Source: Dipteris shenzhenensis
Lineage: Eukaryota
Length of the DNA stretch: 64,000 nucleotides
Reading direction: 5' to 3' (one strand)
NCBI GenBank assembly: GCA_047967505.1
Contig: CM106538.1
Under the pieces are notes generated by a model. It searched no databases, had not been told where the DNA came from, and saw only the letters and a list, made by a program, of their open reading frames with translations. The position numbers and the translations under genes were made by a program. This document shows, piece by piece, positions 13,078-27,301 of the stretch; the stretch's first letter is position 1, and every line of letters starts with the position of its first letter.

Positions 13078-15239
13078 AGAGTTTGGCTCCATATGACCAC
13101 ATTTAGGACCCTAGGTATGGCCATTGTATGTCTTTACAAGGATCATGCCTTACACAATGTTATGAACTAAAACTTATATGTCACTCTTCTCATCATCTAT
13201 ATCTATAGCATATAGAAGAGTTGTATGCTCAATTCTTAGTCATCTTATATATTGTTCTTCTCATTCCTATATCTATATAGAGTATAGGGAAGATTTCTAG
13301 GGTACATCAACATGCATCTTAGCCTACCAAAACGTGGTCACCATCCCTTTAATTATTCCCTACTTTGCATGGGCCCTTAATCTCACCTAGTGGCACTTCA
13401 TATCAAATATTCCCATTGCACATGGAGATGGCGATACTAGTTGGGTATGGTCCTCATTCCAACAACTCAATATATTAAAGATGCTAGATCTGGTTGCATC
13501 ATTATAGTAACCGAGAACCTTGCATACAAATTTTGCATGTTTAATTGTTATTGGGGGTTAAAGGTATGGTTATGGAACCATACACGTACCAATATACAAT
13601 TAGGGATTAGGGTTGCTCCCCATGTGACTTAAATCTAAGTAGAGATGCTCCTCCAAGGATACCATTCCAATGTGAAGGTACCCCTCCCAGTGTGGCTAAA
13701 TCCACCTCCAACTATATGCCTAATCAAATGGCAAAGGCACTTTTCAAGTGTCGTGTCCAACTAGGATCGAATGCCGTAGTGTTACCAGAGAAGAACCTAC
13801 TTGAGTCAGGTGGACCGGATTGGTAACACTTTGGCACAGCCAAGGGATCAGATGCTTAATCATCCAACAACTCTACAATGTGTGATAGAGAAGTCAGATG
13901 CTTCAGGGGGAGCAACTCAGAGACATACATTGTTTTAGGATGAACTTCCAGGGATGAGAACCCGTAAGGTTTAATGTGATAAAAATGAAACCACCAGTGG
14001 ACGAGAAAGTACACCATCCAAGTGATCAAGCTCCATGTGGATGTACCATCCTCCCAATGTGTCAAAAGCATGAGGAGGGCCTTCCCTACTCCATCCTCCT
14101 AGGAGGGCCCTAGCATGTGCAACCATGTATTCCTAGAGGAGCTTTACTCAAGTCTCAAACATACATCACTCATCCAGCAAGAAAGAATCCGAAAGTCCAT
14201 GCCGAGACTATGTAGCAAAGACTGTCAACATAACCACACACTATACCACAAAGAATTGCATACCCTTCTTGAGACCCCAATCTACATTACATCAAAGAAA
14301 CCCGTGTATTGTTACACATTCTTTTATTTACAAGTAGCTCCATACTATCGCTAGGATTTGCTTGTAGCTCCAATGAAAAAGGAAAAACATGTGGATCACG
14401 ACACATATGAAAGAAGCATCCATGGATTTACATGCAGCTCCAAATCCTTTTTTTGTGTTTTGTTTGAGTCTGTATATATGTTAATCTTTTACCAGGGGTT
14501 TACAACCAGCTCCATACCTTTCATAGATTTATAGGCAGTCGTAGATCATTCATATGGAGGAATAAACATCTGTTACCAAGAACAATATCCTTAGGGTTAA
14601 GATTTCATAAAAATCAAATTTGGAATTGGTCTTCCACCACAAGGGGTTCATCCAAGTATGTAATTATACTCTGCGGGTTCATCTGATTTGTCTTTTGATT
14701 AAGGTAAATTTATAGAAATGTATTCGCAGAAGTGGGCTTTTTATTAAATTTTGGAAACAATTAATGTATTTATATACAAAATATGTCTATTTATCCATGC
14801 AAAAGTTATAGATGCAATATTTTCAAGTAACCCTTGAATGCATGTCATATCTAGATTTTCTTAATAGTGCACCCCCCGGGGTTTTCCAACTCATAGGAAA
14901 GTGGAGTATCTTGTGGATCATACTTCAATGAAGAATTGAACACAGTGCTAGTACAGACTTGGATCTAGGATCAAATGATGCAAATTCCCACTTTGATCAA
15001 GACCACCAAGAGGAGAGAAATATTGACAAAGGAGACTCAAATATTGGTTCTATGTAAAAATACATTTGAATACTCTAGGAATACTAACACTTCAGATTAG
15101 CTCTAAGAAGGTAAAGGTAACTTTGAGATCCACATGTAGTGTACTATGATATGATAGCTCAAATCAAAATGATCAAAGAGACAAGGTCCTTTGAAGAAGT
15201 GAAGGGACTTTGAAGAAGTGAAAGTCCTTCAAAGAAATG

Positions 15240-16029
15240 AATTGACAATTTGGATTGGCAATCTGCAATGGAAAATGAAATGGAATCCATTAGACTTCGA
15301 TTGTAGGTTTGAGAACAACATGGAACAAGGCCATAGGGACAAAAGTGGATATACAAGGTCAACTACAAGTTTGAACTTGACATGTATAAGGCATAGTTGG
15401 TGGCTAGAGGGTTTGCATAGACCAAAAATATTGAGGATGAATACTTTCATGCAAAATGAAGAAGATCCAAGTTGTGATCATAATGGTACTCTATTCATAA
15501 TGATCCATCTTCCAACATGTCATTCATAGTAGACCATCTTTCAACATGTCTAGTGTTTTTTACAAAAGATGACAACGAGGAGGTGATGACTCAAACTCAA
15601 GATCTAGGGTGACAAGGTATGCAAATATTGGAAGGTACTGTATGGATTGAAATAGGCCCTAAGAGTGTGATGTACCAGAGAATCAACTATCATGTTATAA
15701 AAGAGTAAGTATGATTTGGTGTCCATGATATGCAAACCCATATAACTATTTGAAGGGGGACAAGAAATTAATGGTGATCTCATACATGATGATGTGATCA
15801 TAATGGGAGTCATGAAGCAAATATCATACATAATGGTGATCATAATGGGGAATCATGAAGCAAAAATCAATTGAAGGCGAGAGGACTTTTCTAAAGATAG
15901 ACTTTGATATCATCGTACTCAATATGCTTCATTACTTTCTCAACATCAAAATTTGGAAGGAGAATGTAGGATATTCTCAACCATGACTGATCCTACTAGA
16001 AATAGTGAAGGTTTTTTGGATGCAAGATT
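15240..16029 (+). pseudogene. Highly decayed copia RT remnant, host of the copia C insertion; probably resumes after 21517
   Basis: Residual motifs DWQSAMENEMESI, KWIYKV, YKA*LVARG and GLK*ALR. Confidence 0.6.
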
Positions 16030-16749
16030 TGTAAGAAAACAATACAACATCTATGCTCAACAGATAACAGGATCTCGTATGCAAGAGAGAAAAGCAGATA
16101 GTATGAAGAATCAAAAATTTGATTATTGTAAAACCGATACAATAGATGGCGCTGCCTCCCAGCCGTGTGCTCCTATGTGAGAAGCTTCAATGGCATGCTG
16201 GAAATAGTAGAGGATGGAGGCTGGATGCTAAGGAATCAGGGTTGATGTAGCTAGTGATGAAATGGGCTTCACGGGCTTGCTCTTATATAGCCACCAATCA
16301 TAGTCGATTAGGCTCAACCCAATTCGCCCAAACCAGCCGACTGAGGGTCAGTCTTGAAATAGGAAACCGACCACACGATAGAATTGTGGCATAGAATAGA
16401 GCAATTGAGCTACGATCACCGTTCAGCCCACAGCCATCCGGGATCATCTGGGGCTCCAAACGGGCCCCACAACTCGAGAGTGGGTTGCCCCGGGAAATGC
16501 TCCATCTACCCTCAGTGCGGTCAGTCATGGGATGCCTTCCTACACTTGCATGTAGCCTAGTTGGTAGTGTGCCAACTCTATCTGAAGCCGTCCAGCCATC
16601 AGGCTACACATGGCCCCCATCTGGTATCCAAACTAGGACCTACCGGATAACCGAGCTACTCAAATGCCTTCTCCTCATATGGGGGGCTTACAAGTAGAGT
16701 TAGCTAGTTCCCACGTAGTTACATGAGAGTGGAGCATTGATATCTAACA
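16030..16749 (-). repeat. 3' LTR of copia C
   Basis: TG...CA termini; direct repeat of 20801-21517 with many substitutions and small indels. Confidence 0.93.
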
Positions 16750-16779
16750 CCCTCCCTCAATGTCCACCCGCAAGTGAAC

Positions 16780-19700
16780 TTACTTTTTCGGCCCAATGCC
16801 AAGTCGATGAAGATGCCTCTCCAGCAAGTCTCTTCCAAGAGCCTTCGTGAAGATGTCCGCAGCATTCTCTGTAGTCGGATAGTACACCAAGTCGACCTCT
16901 CCATCCATGATGAGCTCACGTACAAAGTGATATTGAATCTCAATGTGTTTTGTGCGAGCATGGAACACAGGGTTCTTTGCAATCACCATGCAACTCTGAT
17001 TGTCACATGATAACTGCGTAGGCTTGTTCTGCACTGCACCCATGTCCCCTAAGATCCTCCTCAACCACACTGCCTCGCAAGAAGCAAAGCATGCTGATTT
17101 GTACTCAGCCTCGGTAGAAGAAAGAGCAACTTTGGGTTGCTTCTTACTGACCCATGACACAGCTCCAGATCCAAGTGAGAAACAGTAACCTGTCACTGAT
17201 CTCCTGCTGTCCATGTCTCCTGCCCCCAATTCGAGTCACAGAATCCGGTCAAGATGTTGCCCTTGGTATAGGTGATGCCATAATTGATGTATTTCAGCAC
17301 CCGCATCCCTGCCCTCCAATGGTTCTCCCGGGGCTTATTGGAAAACCTGCTTAGTACACCGATCGCAAAGCTGATGTCCGGCCGCATGTTGCACAAGTAA
17401 ATCAAACTGCCCACAAGCCTTCTGTACTTCGCTTCGTCCACCAGTGGTGATGAATCCTCGTTTGAGAGCTTCACGTCAACCTCCATAGGGGTGCCAACTA
17501 TCTTGCACTTAGCCATGCCAAATGCCTTCAGTATCTCTCTAGCATACTTCAGCTGTGAGATGATCTATTTTGGCTCTTGCCAAACTTCAATCCCCAAACA
17601 GAAATGCATCAGTCCGAGGTCTGTCATTTCAAACTCTCTTCCTAGCAAATGCTTTGTTTGCGAGATCTTCTCTTCATGGTTCCCTGTTATGACAAGGTCG
17701 TCCACATAAAGGACCATGATCATACACCTGCGTCCTTCTCTGAAGATATATAAATTTGCATCAGATGGGCTCCTCTTGAACCCATTTTGCAGAAAGTAGG
17801 CATCAATCCGCTGGTACCATGCTCGTGGGGCCTGTTTCAGCCCGTAAAGTGCCTTCTTCAGTTTACATACTTTACCTTCTGAATTGGGGATCACAAAACC
17901 TAGTGGTTGTTCCACGTATACCTCCTCCTTGAGATCTCCATTCAGAAAGGCAGATTTTACATCCATCTGAAACACGAGCCAACTTCCCTGGACTGCGAAT
18001 TGTGGTTGGTCAAGCTGTGGGAGCAAAAGTATCTTGATAATCAAAACCATGTACTTGTGCGAATCCTTTTGCCACAAGCTGAGCCTTGTACTTATCCAAC
18101 GTGTCGTCGGACTTGTACTTGGTCTTGTACACCCACTTGGTGCCAATTACCTTGCGTTTTGGTGGTCGATCCACAAGGTCCCAAGTGTTGCTTTTCATTA
18201 TGGAGCCATACTCCGACTGCATAGCCTCCATCCACCTATCATCACCCTGTGCCTCTTCAAGACACTTGGGTTCATCAGCACGCATCACCTCTGTCATCAA
18301 AGCATAGTTGACCAAGTGTTCCTGTGCCCTTCTTTGCTCCTCTAATCTCTTGGACCGGCGGTGTTCGGATGGTTCCTCCTCAATGGCTGGAGGTTCTCTG
18401 CCATCCAAAAGCTGCTTTACCCACTTCGGGAATGGCCGTTGCTGTTGTGGTTTCGCAGGCTCTTCTTCCTCTTCTTTATCTTGAATCCTCCCAAGCACCG
18501 TTGGGGGAGTTCGGTCTACTGTTGGTGGTTGTACTGGATGGATATCCTGGTCCTGGTTGTCTAGGAAGGAAGCATCCTCCTCCAATTGATGCGGCTATTC
18601 TGAGAAGACCACATCACGACTTACTATTACCTTCTTGGTAACAGGGTTATAGAGACGGTAACCCTTCGCCTCTTCACTGTAGCCCAAGAAAATACACTTC
18701 CGGCTCTTCGGTTCCCATTTGGTCCTGTTAGCATCAGGGACATGCACAAAACAGTCACATCCAAAAACTCTGAAATGTGCAGCTGAAGGTTTCTTACTAG
18801 AAAAGGCCTACAATGGAGTCATCCTGTTCACAGCCTTCGTGTAGCTACGATTCAAAATGTAAACTGCCATGTTACATGCTTCAGCCCAGAAAGTCTTTGG
18901 CAAATCTTTCCCTTTCATCATACTCCTGCCGATTTCACAGATGACGCGCATCTTGCGTTCTACTACATTTTGCTGTGATGTATGTAGCGGGGGTTTTTGC
19001 CTCTTGATCCCGTGACTTTTGTAGTCTTTTGAATTCCCTTGATGTGAACTCACCACCTCTATTTGATCTCAACTTCTTCACCTTCCTCTTCATTTCTTTC
19101 TCGACCATTACATGCCATGCTTTGAACCTACTAAAAGCCTCATCTTTAGTCTTCAGAAAGTATATCCATATCCTTCTACTGTAGTCGTCGATCAACGTCA
19201 TGAAGTAGTAGGAACCACCCAAAGCTTCCATCTCCATCTTTCCGTAGAGGTCCATGTGAACGAGCTCTAGAGGAGCTTTTGCCATACTGGCCTCTTTAGG
19301 AAAGGGCTGCCGATGCTGCTTGCCCATCATGCAAGCTTCACATACATCGGGAAGATCTGTAATTTCTGGTAGGTCTGCAATCATTCCACTTTAATCTCCT
19401 TTAAAGAACTAAGGTTTAGATGACCAAACCTCTCATGCCACAGCTTAGTGTTGCTCACTTCGGCTCGAGCATTGAAAGCTGAGAGTTCGTAGATGTTGCG
19501 CCGTGTACCTTTACCAACGACCTTCCCTTGAAGATCAGAATATGTGCACCATTCTTATCGAATTGAATTTTGAGGTCCCGATCCGTGATCGCAGAAACGG
19601 ACAACAAGTTCCTCTTGATCTGGCACATAAAGAACATCGGACAACTGTTTTACAACTCCATCTGACTTGAGAGCAATCGTACCTTTTCCTTTTGTTGGAC

Positions 19701-20730
19701 ATTTTGCATCATTGCTGACTGCTACCAGGATATCATTCCCTACCAGATGTAGAGAGGTATACTAATCCTTCCGACTGGTCATGTGGCGCGATGCACCATT
19801 GTCAATAATCCAAGGTTCATCCGTAGGTACATGAACTGCCTCCATGCAAATCTCCTCAATTGCTACGAACAGCTCTACTAGTACTGCCTGCACACTATTG
19901 CTGGACTCTTTCTTTACTCCATTCTTCTCATTTGCAATATTCTTCCGGCACTCATTCTGCTTGTGCCCTGCCTTGTTGCAATAGAAGCACTTGATCCTCT
20001 TCTTTCTCTTTTTATCATAAGAAGAAGATGGGTTACCAGAGTCCTTACCCTTACCTTTCTTTGATCCAGCATAGAAAGCCGAATCTTCTCTAGTCCTCGT
20101 CTTTTGACGCATCTCCTCCTCCAGAAGCATTGCGCTAAAATCCTCAAAGTTGAGGGGCAGATTTTTGTTCTGCGTATTCAGCGCCGTAACAAGACCGTCG
20201 TACTTTGGAGGGAGGATCCGTATGCACCTTCGTGCTCGATTCTCACTGGTGATGGTGATGCCAATCGCAGTCATCTGATCGTGCAGATTCTTCACCTTGG
20301 TGATGAACTTCTCTGCCGCTTCAGACTCAGACAGTTTCTCGTTCGTGAGTTGAGTCTCTAGATTCTGAATCCGCGTCTGATTTGTGATCTTGTACTGATT
20401 TTTCAAGACCATCCATGTCTCCTCTGCTGTGGTGACATGTTGAATTAAGGCCATGACAGAATCACTTACACTGCAGACAATAGAACACAGCGCATCTGCA
20501 TTTCTTCTTGTCCACGCGAGAATCTCATCCGCAGTTGGTACTATCTGTTGTCCTGCATTGGCTGGATCTGATCTCGCAACCGGCTTCACGTCCATCCCAG
20601 TAGTAGTATCCCAAAGCTCGTATGCGCTTAGGATGGTCTTCATCTTGAACTTCCAGAGTGGATAGTTAGTGCCGTCCAACTTTTCGCTTTCGCCGAACGG
20701 TGGGATTTGCAGTCTTGCGGGCTGGGCCAT
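16780..20730 (-). pseudogene. Frameshifted gag-pol of copia C
   Basis: Gag KLDGTNYPLWK, CFYCNKAGHKQNEC, WIIDNGASRHM, TLIDDYSR, QMDVKSAFLNG, LYVDDL and [12 protein letters not shown] are spread over several frames. Confidence 0.92.
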
Positions 20731-20800
20731 CTCTCACAATCTTCTCACAAACAGAAACACACTACCAAATCTTCTTGCTAGAGCCCAAGCTCTGAGACCA

Positions 20801-21517
20801 TGTAAGAAAACAATACAACGTCTGTGTGCAACAGATAACAGGATCTCGTATGCAAGAGAGAAAAGCAGATAGTGTGGAGAATCAAAAATTTGATTACTGT
20901 AAAACTGATACAATAGATGGCGCTGCCTCCCAACCGTGTGCTCCTGTGTGAGAAGCTTCGATGGCATGCTGGAAACAGTAGAGGACGGAGGCTGGATGCT
21001 AAGGAATCAGGGTTGTTGTAGCCAGTGATGAAATGGACTGCACGAGCTTGCTCTTATATAGCCACCAGTCGTAGTCGGTTAGGCTCAATTGGGAGACCGA
21101 CCTAGTCTGCCCAAATCGGCCGACTAGGGGTCGATCCCGAAATAGGCCACCGACCATACAATAGAACCGTGGCGCAGAATAGAGCAACTAACCTACGGAT
21201 TCCGTTTGGCCCACAGCCATCCGGGATCATTTGGGGCTCCAAACGAGCCCCGCAACCCGAGAGTGGGCTGCCCTGGGAAATGCTCCGTCTACCCTCAGTG
21301 CGATCAGTCATGGGATGCCTTCCCGCACTTGCATGTAGCCTAGTTGGCAGTGTGCCAACTCTATCTGAATCCATCCAGCCATCACTATCTGGTGTCCAAA
21401 CCAGGACCTACCAAATAACCGAGCTACTTAAATGCCTTCTCCTCATATGGGGGGCTTACAAGTAGAGTTAGCTGGTTCCCGCATAGTCACACGAGAGTGG
21501 AGCATTAATATCTAACA
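20801..21517 (-). repeat. 5' LTR of copia C
   Basis: Adjacent to the PBS; partner of 16030-16749. Confidence 0.93.
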
Positions 21518-22375
21518 AGATTAAGGATAGATTTACTAAGGATTTACTTTAATGAATGTTCTAAGACAAGTGAGACTTAGCATGGAAGATCCTACTCAGC
21601 GAGTAGACTCAATTGTTATTGACAATAGCTGCTTTTGAGTCTACTATACTTGATGAATACCCAACCCAATGTCACATTTACTAATGTAATATTCCTCTAT
21701 AAGCTTGCATCTACACCAAATGAGACACACTAGAAGGTTCAGCTTCATGCGCTTTAGTATTCGATGGGTACCACCCAATATGAAAAATCTTGGGGTCAGG
21801 ATATCCACTAAGCATGGTTGATAACTATGATATGAGAGCTGCATGGAATTCCATTGCTAACTATGGACTGGGCTTCAATCCCCCTTAATACCACACATTG
21901 TGCAAAACATTTTTAGACAATTCTAGGCTTGTCCCAAGCGCTCTAAAAACACAAGCGCTTTTTCTACAAGTAGGGAGAGATGGTAAGAATAGCAATATGC
22001 CTTGGCACTCTATGGGCCGAAGAGCCTTTGGTTGTAAAGAGAGGGAGAGTGCTAAAAAGGAAAAGGGTTGGCCCTCCCTTCAAAAGGTGACTTGTATAAA
22101 AGGCCAAATGGTTGACTTTGGTCTTCATTGTTGTTTGCACAAGTTGAATACAAGCTCCCTCTTCTCTTCCAAGAGAATGTTTTTGGTGTTCTCTTGTTTC
22201 TTTCATAATGGCTTGTGGTTGCCACTCTATCCCCCTTCATAATGGCAAAATTGTAAGGATTTCCCTTGTTCAATAAACTTTAATTGCAAGTGCTAAATTC
22301 TTTTCCATCTAGTTGCGCATTTTGATTTATAATTGAAACCTACTTTATTCTATAAAATTTAATTAATTTATTACT

Positions 22376-24259
22376 TTATTCATTCATAATTGCAACCATA
22401 TAAACTTGAAAGAACATATAACTTGAAACAAAGTCATATACTTCCATCATAGAGACCATATACATTGTAGAGAGTTCAAAGTCATGGTTCTGGATACAAC
22501 TATCGTAAGCCCACAACTCCATGTACAATGCCATTGATAGTTTGGATTTACAAGGTGGATAGATAGATCTAGTCAGCAAGTAATCTACTAGACAAAAAAT
22601 ATGAAATTTATGGCTGCAAAGTAGAGCATAATAGCCGGTTGAGTTATCAAATAAACATTGGAATATTGAGCACACACAATTGTCTGGCCTATCGAAGGGA
22701 AGTGGTTGCACATCATATGATTGAGAAGATGGATGCCAACAAGTAGCAGCAGCAAGCACCTAACCACTCCTCCACGCTCGCATCTCTGATCAATGTTGCA
22801 CATGCATCATGGGCCTCTTGTCACAACCTTGTGTTGAGGTCCTCCAGGCTCTTCAGCTGTGCACGTAGAGCAATAGTCTCCTTCTACAGCTCCAGCTCCA
22901 TTTGTGGTCTTTTGTGAATAATGTCTTGCATTTCTGTGTTGTGGGTCCATTATCTAGCATTGAATCTATCTCTCTTGAATCTTCCTCTCTAAAATCAAAT
23001 GCAGAGTGCCCTTGGGAATTATTTGATGTCACTTTATAATATTTGGGAATTGTAGACAACTTGTTTATTAAATTCAACCTGTTGCCAATGCCTCTTGAAT
23101 TTTGTGGTTGAACTATTTCTCCTTCACAATTAGATGTTATGCCATCCATATGATCCATGCTAGTAAGTACATTAGGACCATCACAAGTCTTAGATGTTCC
23201 TCCATCTCTGTCCTTCATTCCAATGATGACATCATGACCATGATCATTAATATCAACAATTCCAGTGAGCATGTTTGAGTCACTTGCAATACAAGACAAG
23301 TCTTCTATACCCGCAAGCATGTTTGAGTCGCTTGCAATACAAGAAAAGTCTTCTATACTAGTGAGCATGTTTGGGTTACTTGCAACACCAGACAAGTCCT
23401 CTATACCAATGAGCATGTTCGAGTCACTTGCAACACAAGACACGTCCTCTATACCAATGAGCATATTGGAGTCACTTGCAACCTCTCTTGCATCAACATC
23501 ATTTATTATAATATCCTCAACACCTGAAAGCATGCCGCTATGGTAGTCTTTAGAGCTTCCATGATTTCTTAATTTTGAGCCCGTTTGTGCAAGTATTTTC
23601 TTCTCATAATACTTTCTTGTATCTTCCACCACATTGAAGGAACTTTTTCTTGATAGGTAAATTTGATTTTAAGAAAGCTAACCCCCATTTGAAAATGTTA
23701 TGAACCTGAAGATGAGAGTATTAAGGACCTTTGGATGTGACATATTATCCATTGCATTTTGAATGGCCCCTTCACTAGTTAGCTTAATTACCTCCACCAT
23801 ACAAAGAAAATTCTGAACATAGCCCTTAAATATGCAGGAAATATTCCAAGTGCTAACACCTCTTGAGCAAGACAACATCTCAACTTTTTCCCCCTCAAAG
23901 AAAGTTCTCTTGATATCTTGAAAGTATATCTTAGGAACGATTTCATCTCGGTCCCAAAGAGTTCTATGTGCTTGCATATAAAAAATGTCACATTGTAAGA
24001 TATCCCCCAATGTTTCAAAGTCTCCATGTGGATATTTTAAATGCACCGCAGGACTTAGCACTTTGGTGATTATCACTACACATCTTCTCTCACCGCAAGG
24101 TTGAAAATGACACACATTCATAGGATCAAGACTATGTATTTGTCCAAAGCCTACGACTTCATTCTTCTCGTATAACACCACCTCTAAACCCTTTGTTAGG
24201 GTAAATACCTGTAACAATTTTAAAAATAAAGCATTAGCAACTGTAAAAAAGCCCAACAA
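22376..24259 (-). pseudogene. Degenerate transposon-associated gene: Tnp1/En-Spm-like segment, 16-aa repeats and a RING-H2-like remnant (CACTA-like)
   Basis: EVVGFGQIHSLDPMNVCHFQPCGERRCVVIITKVL..YPHGDFETLGD resembles the En/Spm Tnp1-like domain by eye; CSIFQC..LLCSHKFHIFCLVDYL..PPC is RING-like. Confidence 0.45.
23265..23481 (-). repeat. Coding minisatellite, 48-bp period (~4.5 copies)
   Basis: AGCAT recurs at 23268, 23316, 23364, 23412 and 23460; encodes SCIASDSNMLAGIEDL-like units. Confidence 0.9.
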
Positions 24260-24359
24260 ATCTCACACTTGAAATCAAAATACAAAATATACTGATGTGT
24301 ACCCCAACCTAAACCGTGAACCCAAACCTAAACTCCAAACCCAAAATTCTAAATGTACC

Positions 24360-24682
24360 TCCAACCTGTTGCATATGCCACAGAATGGTGGGTGCAACCA
24401 CCATCTGTTGCACAAATCACCATAATTTAGTGATTTGTGCAACAGGTTGAGGTTACACCCACCAACTTGTTGCACATGCAACAGGCTCAGGGGGACTTGG
24501 GGTGCAATAGGATGGTGGGTGCAACCCCAATCTATTGCACAAATCACCAAACCCCAACCCCAACCTATTGCACAAATCACCAACCTATGATTTGTGTAAC
24601 CCCAACCTTGGGGGGTAACCCAACCTATTGCACATGCAATAGGTTGGTGGGTGCAACCCCAACCTGTTGCAGAAATCACCAA
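24360..24682. repeat. Cluster of CAACCT(G/A)TTGCACA motifs in both orientations (subterminal-repeat-like)
   Basis: Repeated caacctattgcacaaatcac and ttgcacatgcaa palindromes; the same core recurs at 26116-26475 and 26850-27255. Confidence 0.75.
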
Positions 24683-24695
24683 AAATGATAAGTAA

Positions 24696-25130
24696 TTTAG
24701 GGTGCTAGGGTTTACCAGAGTCTAGGGTTTAGAGATTATGTTTTAGGATCTAAGATATTAGAGTTTAGGATTTATAGCTTTGTATCTAAAGTTAAGAGTT
24801 TAGAATAGAGGAAGTAAGTTGTATGGTTTACAATTTACGATGTAGGGTTTAGGGTTTAGGATTTATGGCTTTGTATCTAAGGTTGAGTTTAGAATATAGA
24901 AAGTAAGTTGTATGGTTTATGATTTATAGTTTAGGGTTTAGGGTTTAGGATTTATAAATTTGTATCTAAGGTAGTTTAGAATAAAGGAAGTAAGTTGTAT
25001 GTATGATTTAGGGTTTAGAGTTTAGCATCTAAAGTAAAGAGTTTAGAATGTAGAATATAGGTTGAATGATTAAGAGTCTAGGTTCAAGGGTTTAGGTTTA
25101 GAATTTAGAATGTGGGGTCTACGGTTAAGG
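24696..25130 (+). repeat. Degenerate interstitial telomere-like (TTTAGGG) tract with ~90-bp higher-order unit
   Basis: tagggtttagggtttagg blocks; GGATTTAT..TTGTATCTAA..AAGTAAGTTGTATG repeated three times (~24768, ~24859, ~24948). Confidence 0.8.
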
Positions 25131-26809
25131 ATAATTTCATAGAGTAAAAAATAAGTAAAATCTGCATTCTAAATCATGCCAAAGAATGGTTTGATACTTT
25201 GCAAAAGCCTTAAGTTTAACCTTTGTACAAAGTATCATGCCCATCGAAAATAAGTACATAGGCTAAGAAGCACATTCTCGACACTCTTGCATGTCATATG
25301 CATGCTAAGAAACGAGAAAGATGAATTTCAAGCCATATACTAAATGATATCATTTGGGTATGATAATTTAAAGACTCAATCCTACACTAACGTAGTGTAA
25401 ATCTTATCCAAAGTATCATTATATCCATTGGAGATGGACACATAGTCTAAAAGCAAACTGAGTCCGCAATGTTTGAACACTCATGCATGATCCATGGTAC
25501 GAAACAAAAAAGTACACATTCCAAACAACTCAAATGATATCCTATGGGTATGAAACTCTGCACAAGCCTTAAACTAAGAAAATCTAAGGGCTCTGTATAT
25601 ACCAATTAATTTCTGATGTACTTGTATTCTTCAATTGTTTGTAAGAATATTGTTTTATTTGCTAATTAATTTTTAAATATGTTAAATTTTTATTGGACTA
25701 TTGTTCTTATTTTATATCAATAATATAAAATTTAAATTAGTTAGTTTAATATATCTCTAATGTATATGTTAATTATTTTTTATTTAATTAATAGTTATAA
25801 TTACTTTTCTATTTTATATAAATAATAATAGTTTTTAAAAATAATATCTTATAATATATCATATTTATATAATAGTATAAACTATACTATGTTTTAATAT
25901 ATTTTAAATTGAATTTTAATATATTATTATATTACATTGTAAATAACATATTTTAATATAATTTTTAATATATTAGATTATAGATAAATAATATTATTGG
26001 TAAAGAGTTTTTAAAATCTAAATTAAAAAAGCATTTCCAAAGTTGTTTAGGGGACGCAATAGGTTAGGGAGTTTTTAAAAAATATTGTAAATTTTGAAAA
26101 AGCCCAAAGGATTGGAGTTGTTGCGTATGCAATAGCTTGGGAGATTTTTTTGGGAAATTCAAAGGATTGGAATTGTTGCATATGCAATTGCTTGGGAAAG
26201 TTTTTTGGGAAATTATTTAAAAGAGAAAAGGAGTTGTTGCGTATGCAATAGGTTAATAGAATTTTTTAAGTTTGCAAAGGTTTTTTAGAGATCTTGATAG
26301 GTTTTGGAAACTAAAAGTAAAGAAACTTTTGGAAGGTATTGCTCATGCAATAAATTGAAAGAGATACAAAAAGTTTTTAAAAAATTCAAAATTCAAAAAA
26401 TTTGATAGGTAGGTTGGAAAGCTCTTCACCTGTTGCATGATTTGAAAAAATTTGTTGATTCGTGCAACAGGTTGAGATGAAGAGAGAACCAAGAAAAATG
26501 AAGAATGAGCTTGGAATGAAAGAGTGGCTTATACTTATGCTAAAAAGCCTAAAAAAGCTACCCTAACCCTAATTATAACCCACTTGCACATAAAATCTCA
26601 ACCTTCCTCATTTTCTCAGTCTCCCTCCTTTTTTCAAACCCTCCTCCCTCCATCGGACTCCTCCTCTCCTCTTGAGGTATTCCCTCTCCTCCCTCCTCTC
26701 CTCCTCCACTCCTCTTCCACTCTCCCTCTCCCTCTCCCTCTCTCCTCCACTCGGCCACTGCGGTCTCTGTCGACGACACAACTCTCTGCTGGCATTAGGC
26801 AGTGTTCAA

Positions 26810-27300
26810 GGGGGTTAAAGGGGTAAAGGGGGGTCATTAGCCCTCCCCCCAACCTATTTTGCATGCAACAGGCTAGCCTATGGGCCGACCTATTGCGTAC
26901 ACAATAGCTAGAGGGGAGGGCTAATTCCCTCCTGTTGCACATGCAATAGGTTGGTGGGGGGGGGCAGGGGGGCTAATGCCCTCCCTTAGCTTAAAGGGGG
27001 GGCATTAGCCCTCCCCCAAACCCGTTGTGTGCGCAATAGGTGGGGGGGAGGGCTAACGCCCTCCCTTTATTAAAGTGAGGGCATTAGCCCTCCTTTACCT
27101 TAAAGGGGTTAAAGGGGGGGCCTTAGTCCTCCCCCCCACCTGTTGCGCTAAGGCCCTACCTTTATTAAAGTGAGGGAATTAGCCCTCCTTTACCTTAAAG
27201 GGGTTAAAGGGGGGGCATTAGCCCTCCCCCAAACCTGTTGCGCATGCAACAGGTGGGGGGGAGGGCTAAGGCCCTCTCTTTACTAAAGTGAGGGCATTAT
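26810..27300. repeat. GC-rich repeat cluster (GGGCATTAGCCCTCC / TTGCRCATGCAA), cut by copia B insertion
   Basis: Multiple direct and inverted copies; the block ends abruptly at the LTR at 27302. Confidence 0.75.
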
Positions 27301-27301
27301 A

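Larger units (their letters stand above)
16030..21517 (-). mobile_element. Ty1/copia family C, full length (5488 bp), degenerate
   Basis: LTRs 16030-16749 and 20801-21517; TSD AGATT at 16025-16029 and 21518-21522; PBS TGGTCTCAGAGC at 20789-20800; PPT at 16750-16760; gag-PR-IN-RT-RH order. Confidence 0.96.

Noticed and set aside
21899-22330. Possible solo LTR (TATA-like and AATAAA signals)
   Set aside because: No matching end, TSD or partner could be defined.
26800-26812. CAGTGTTCAAG as a hAT terminus
   Set aside because: No partner TIR or TSD is visible, and the adjacent motif family occurs on both sides.
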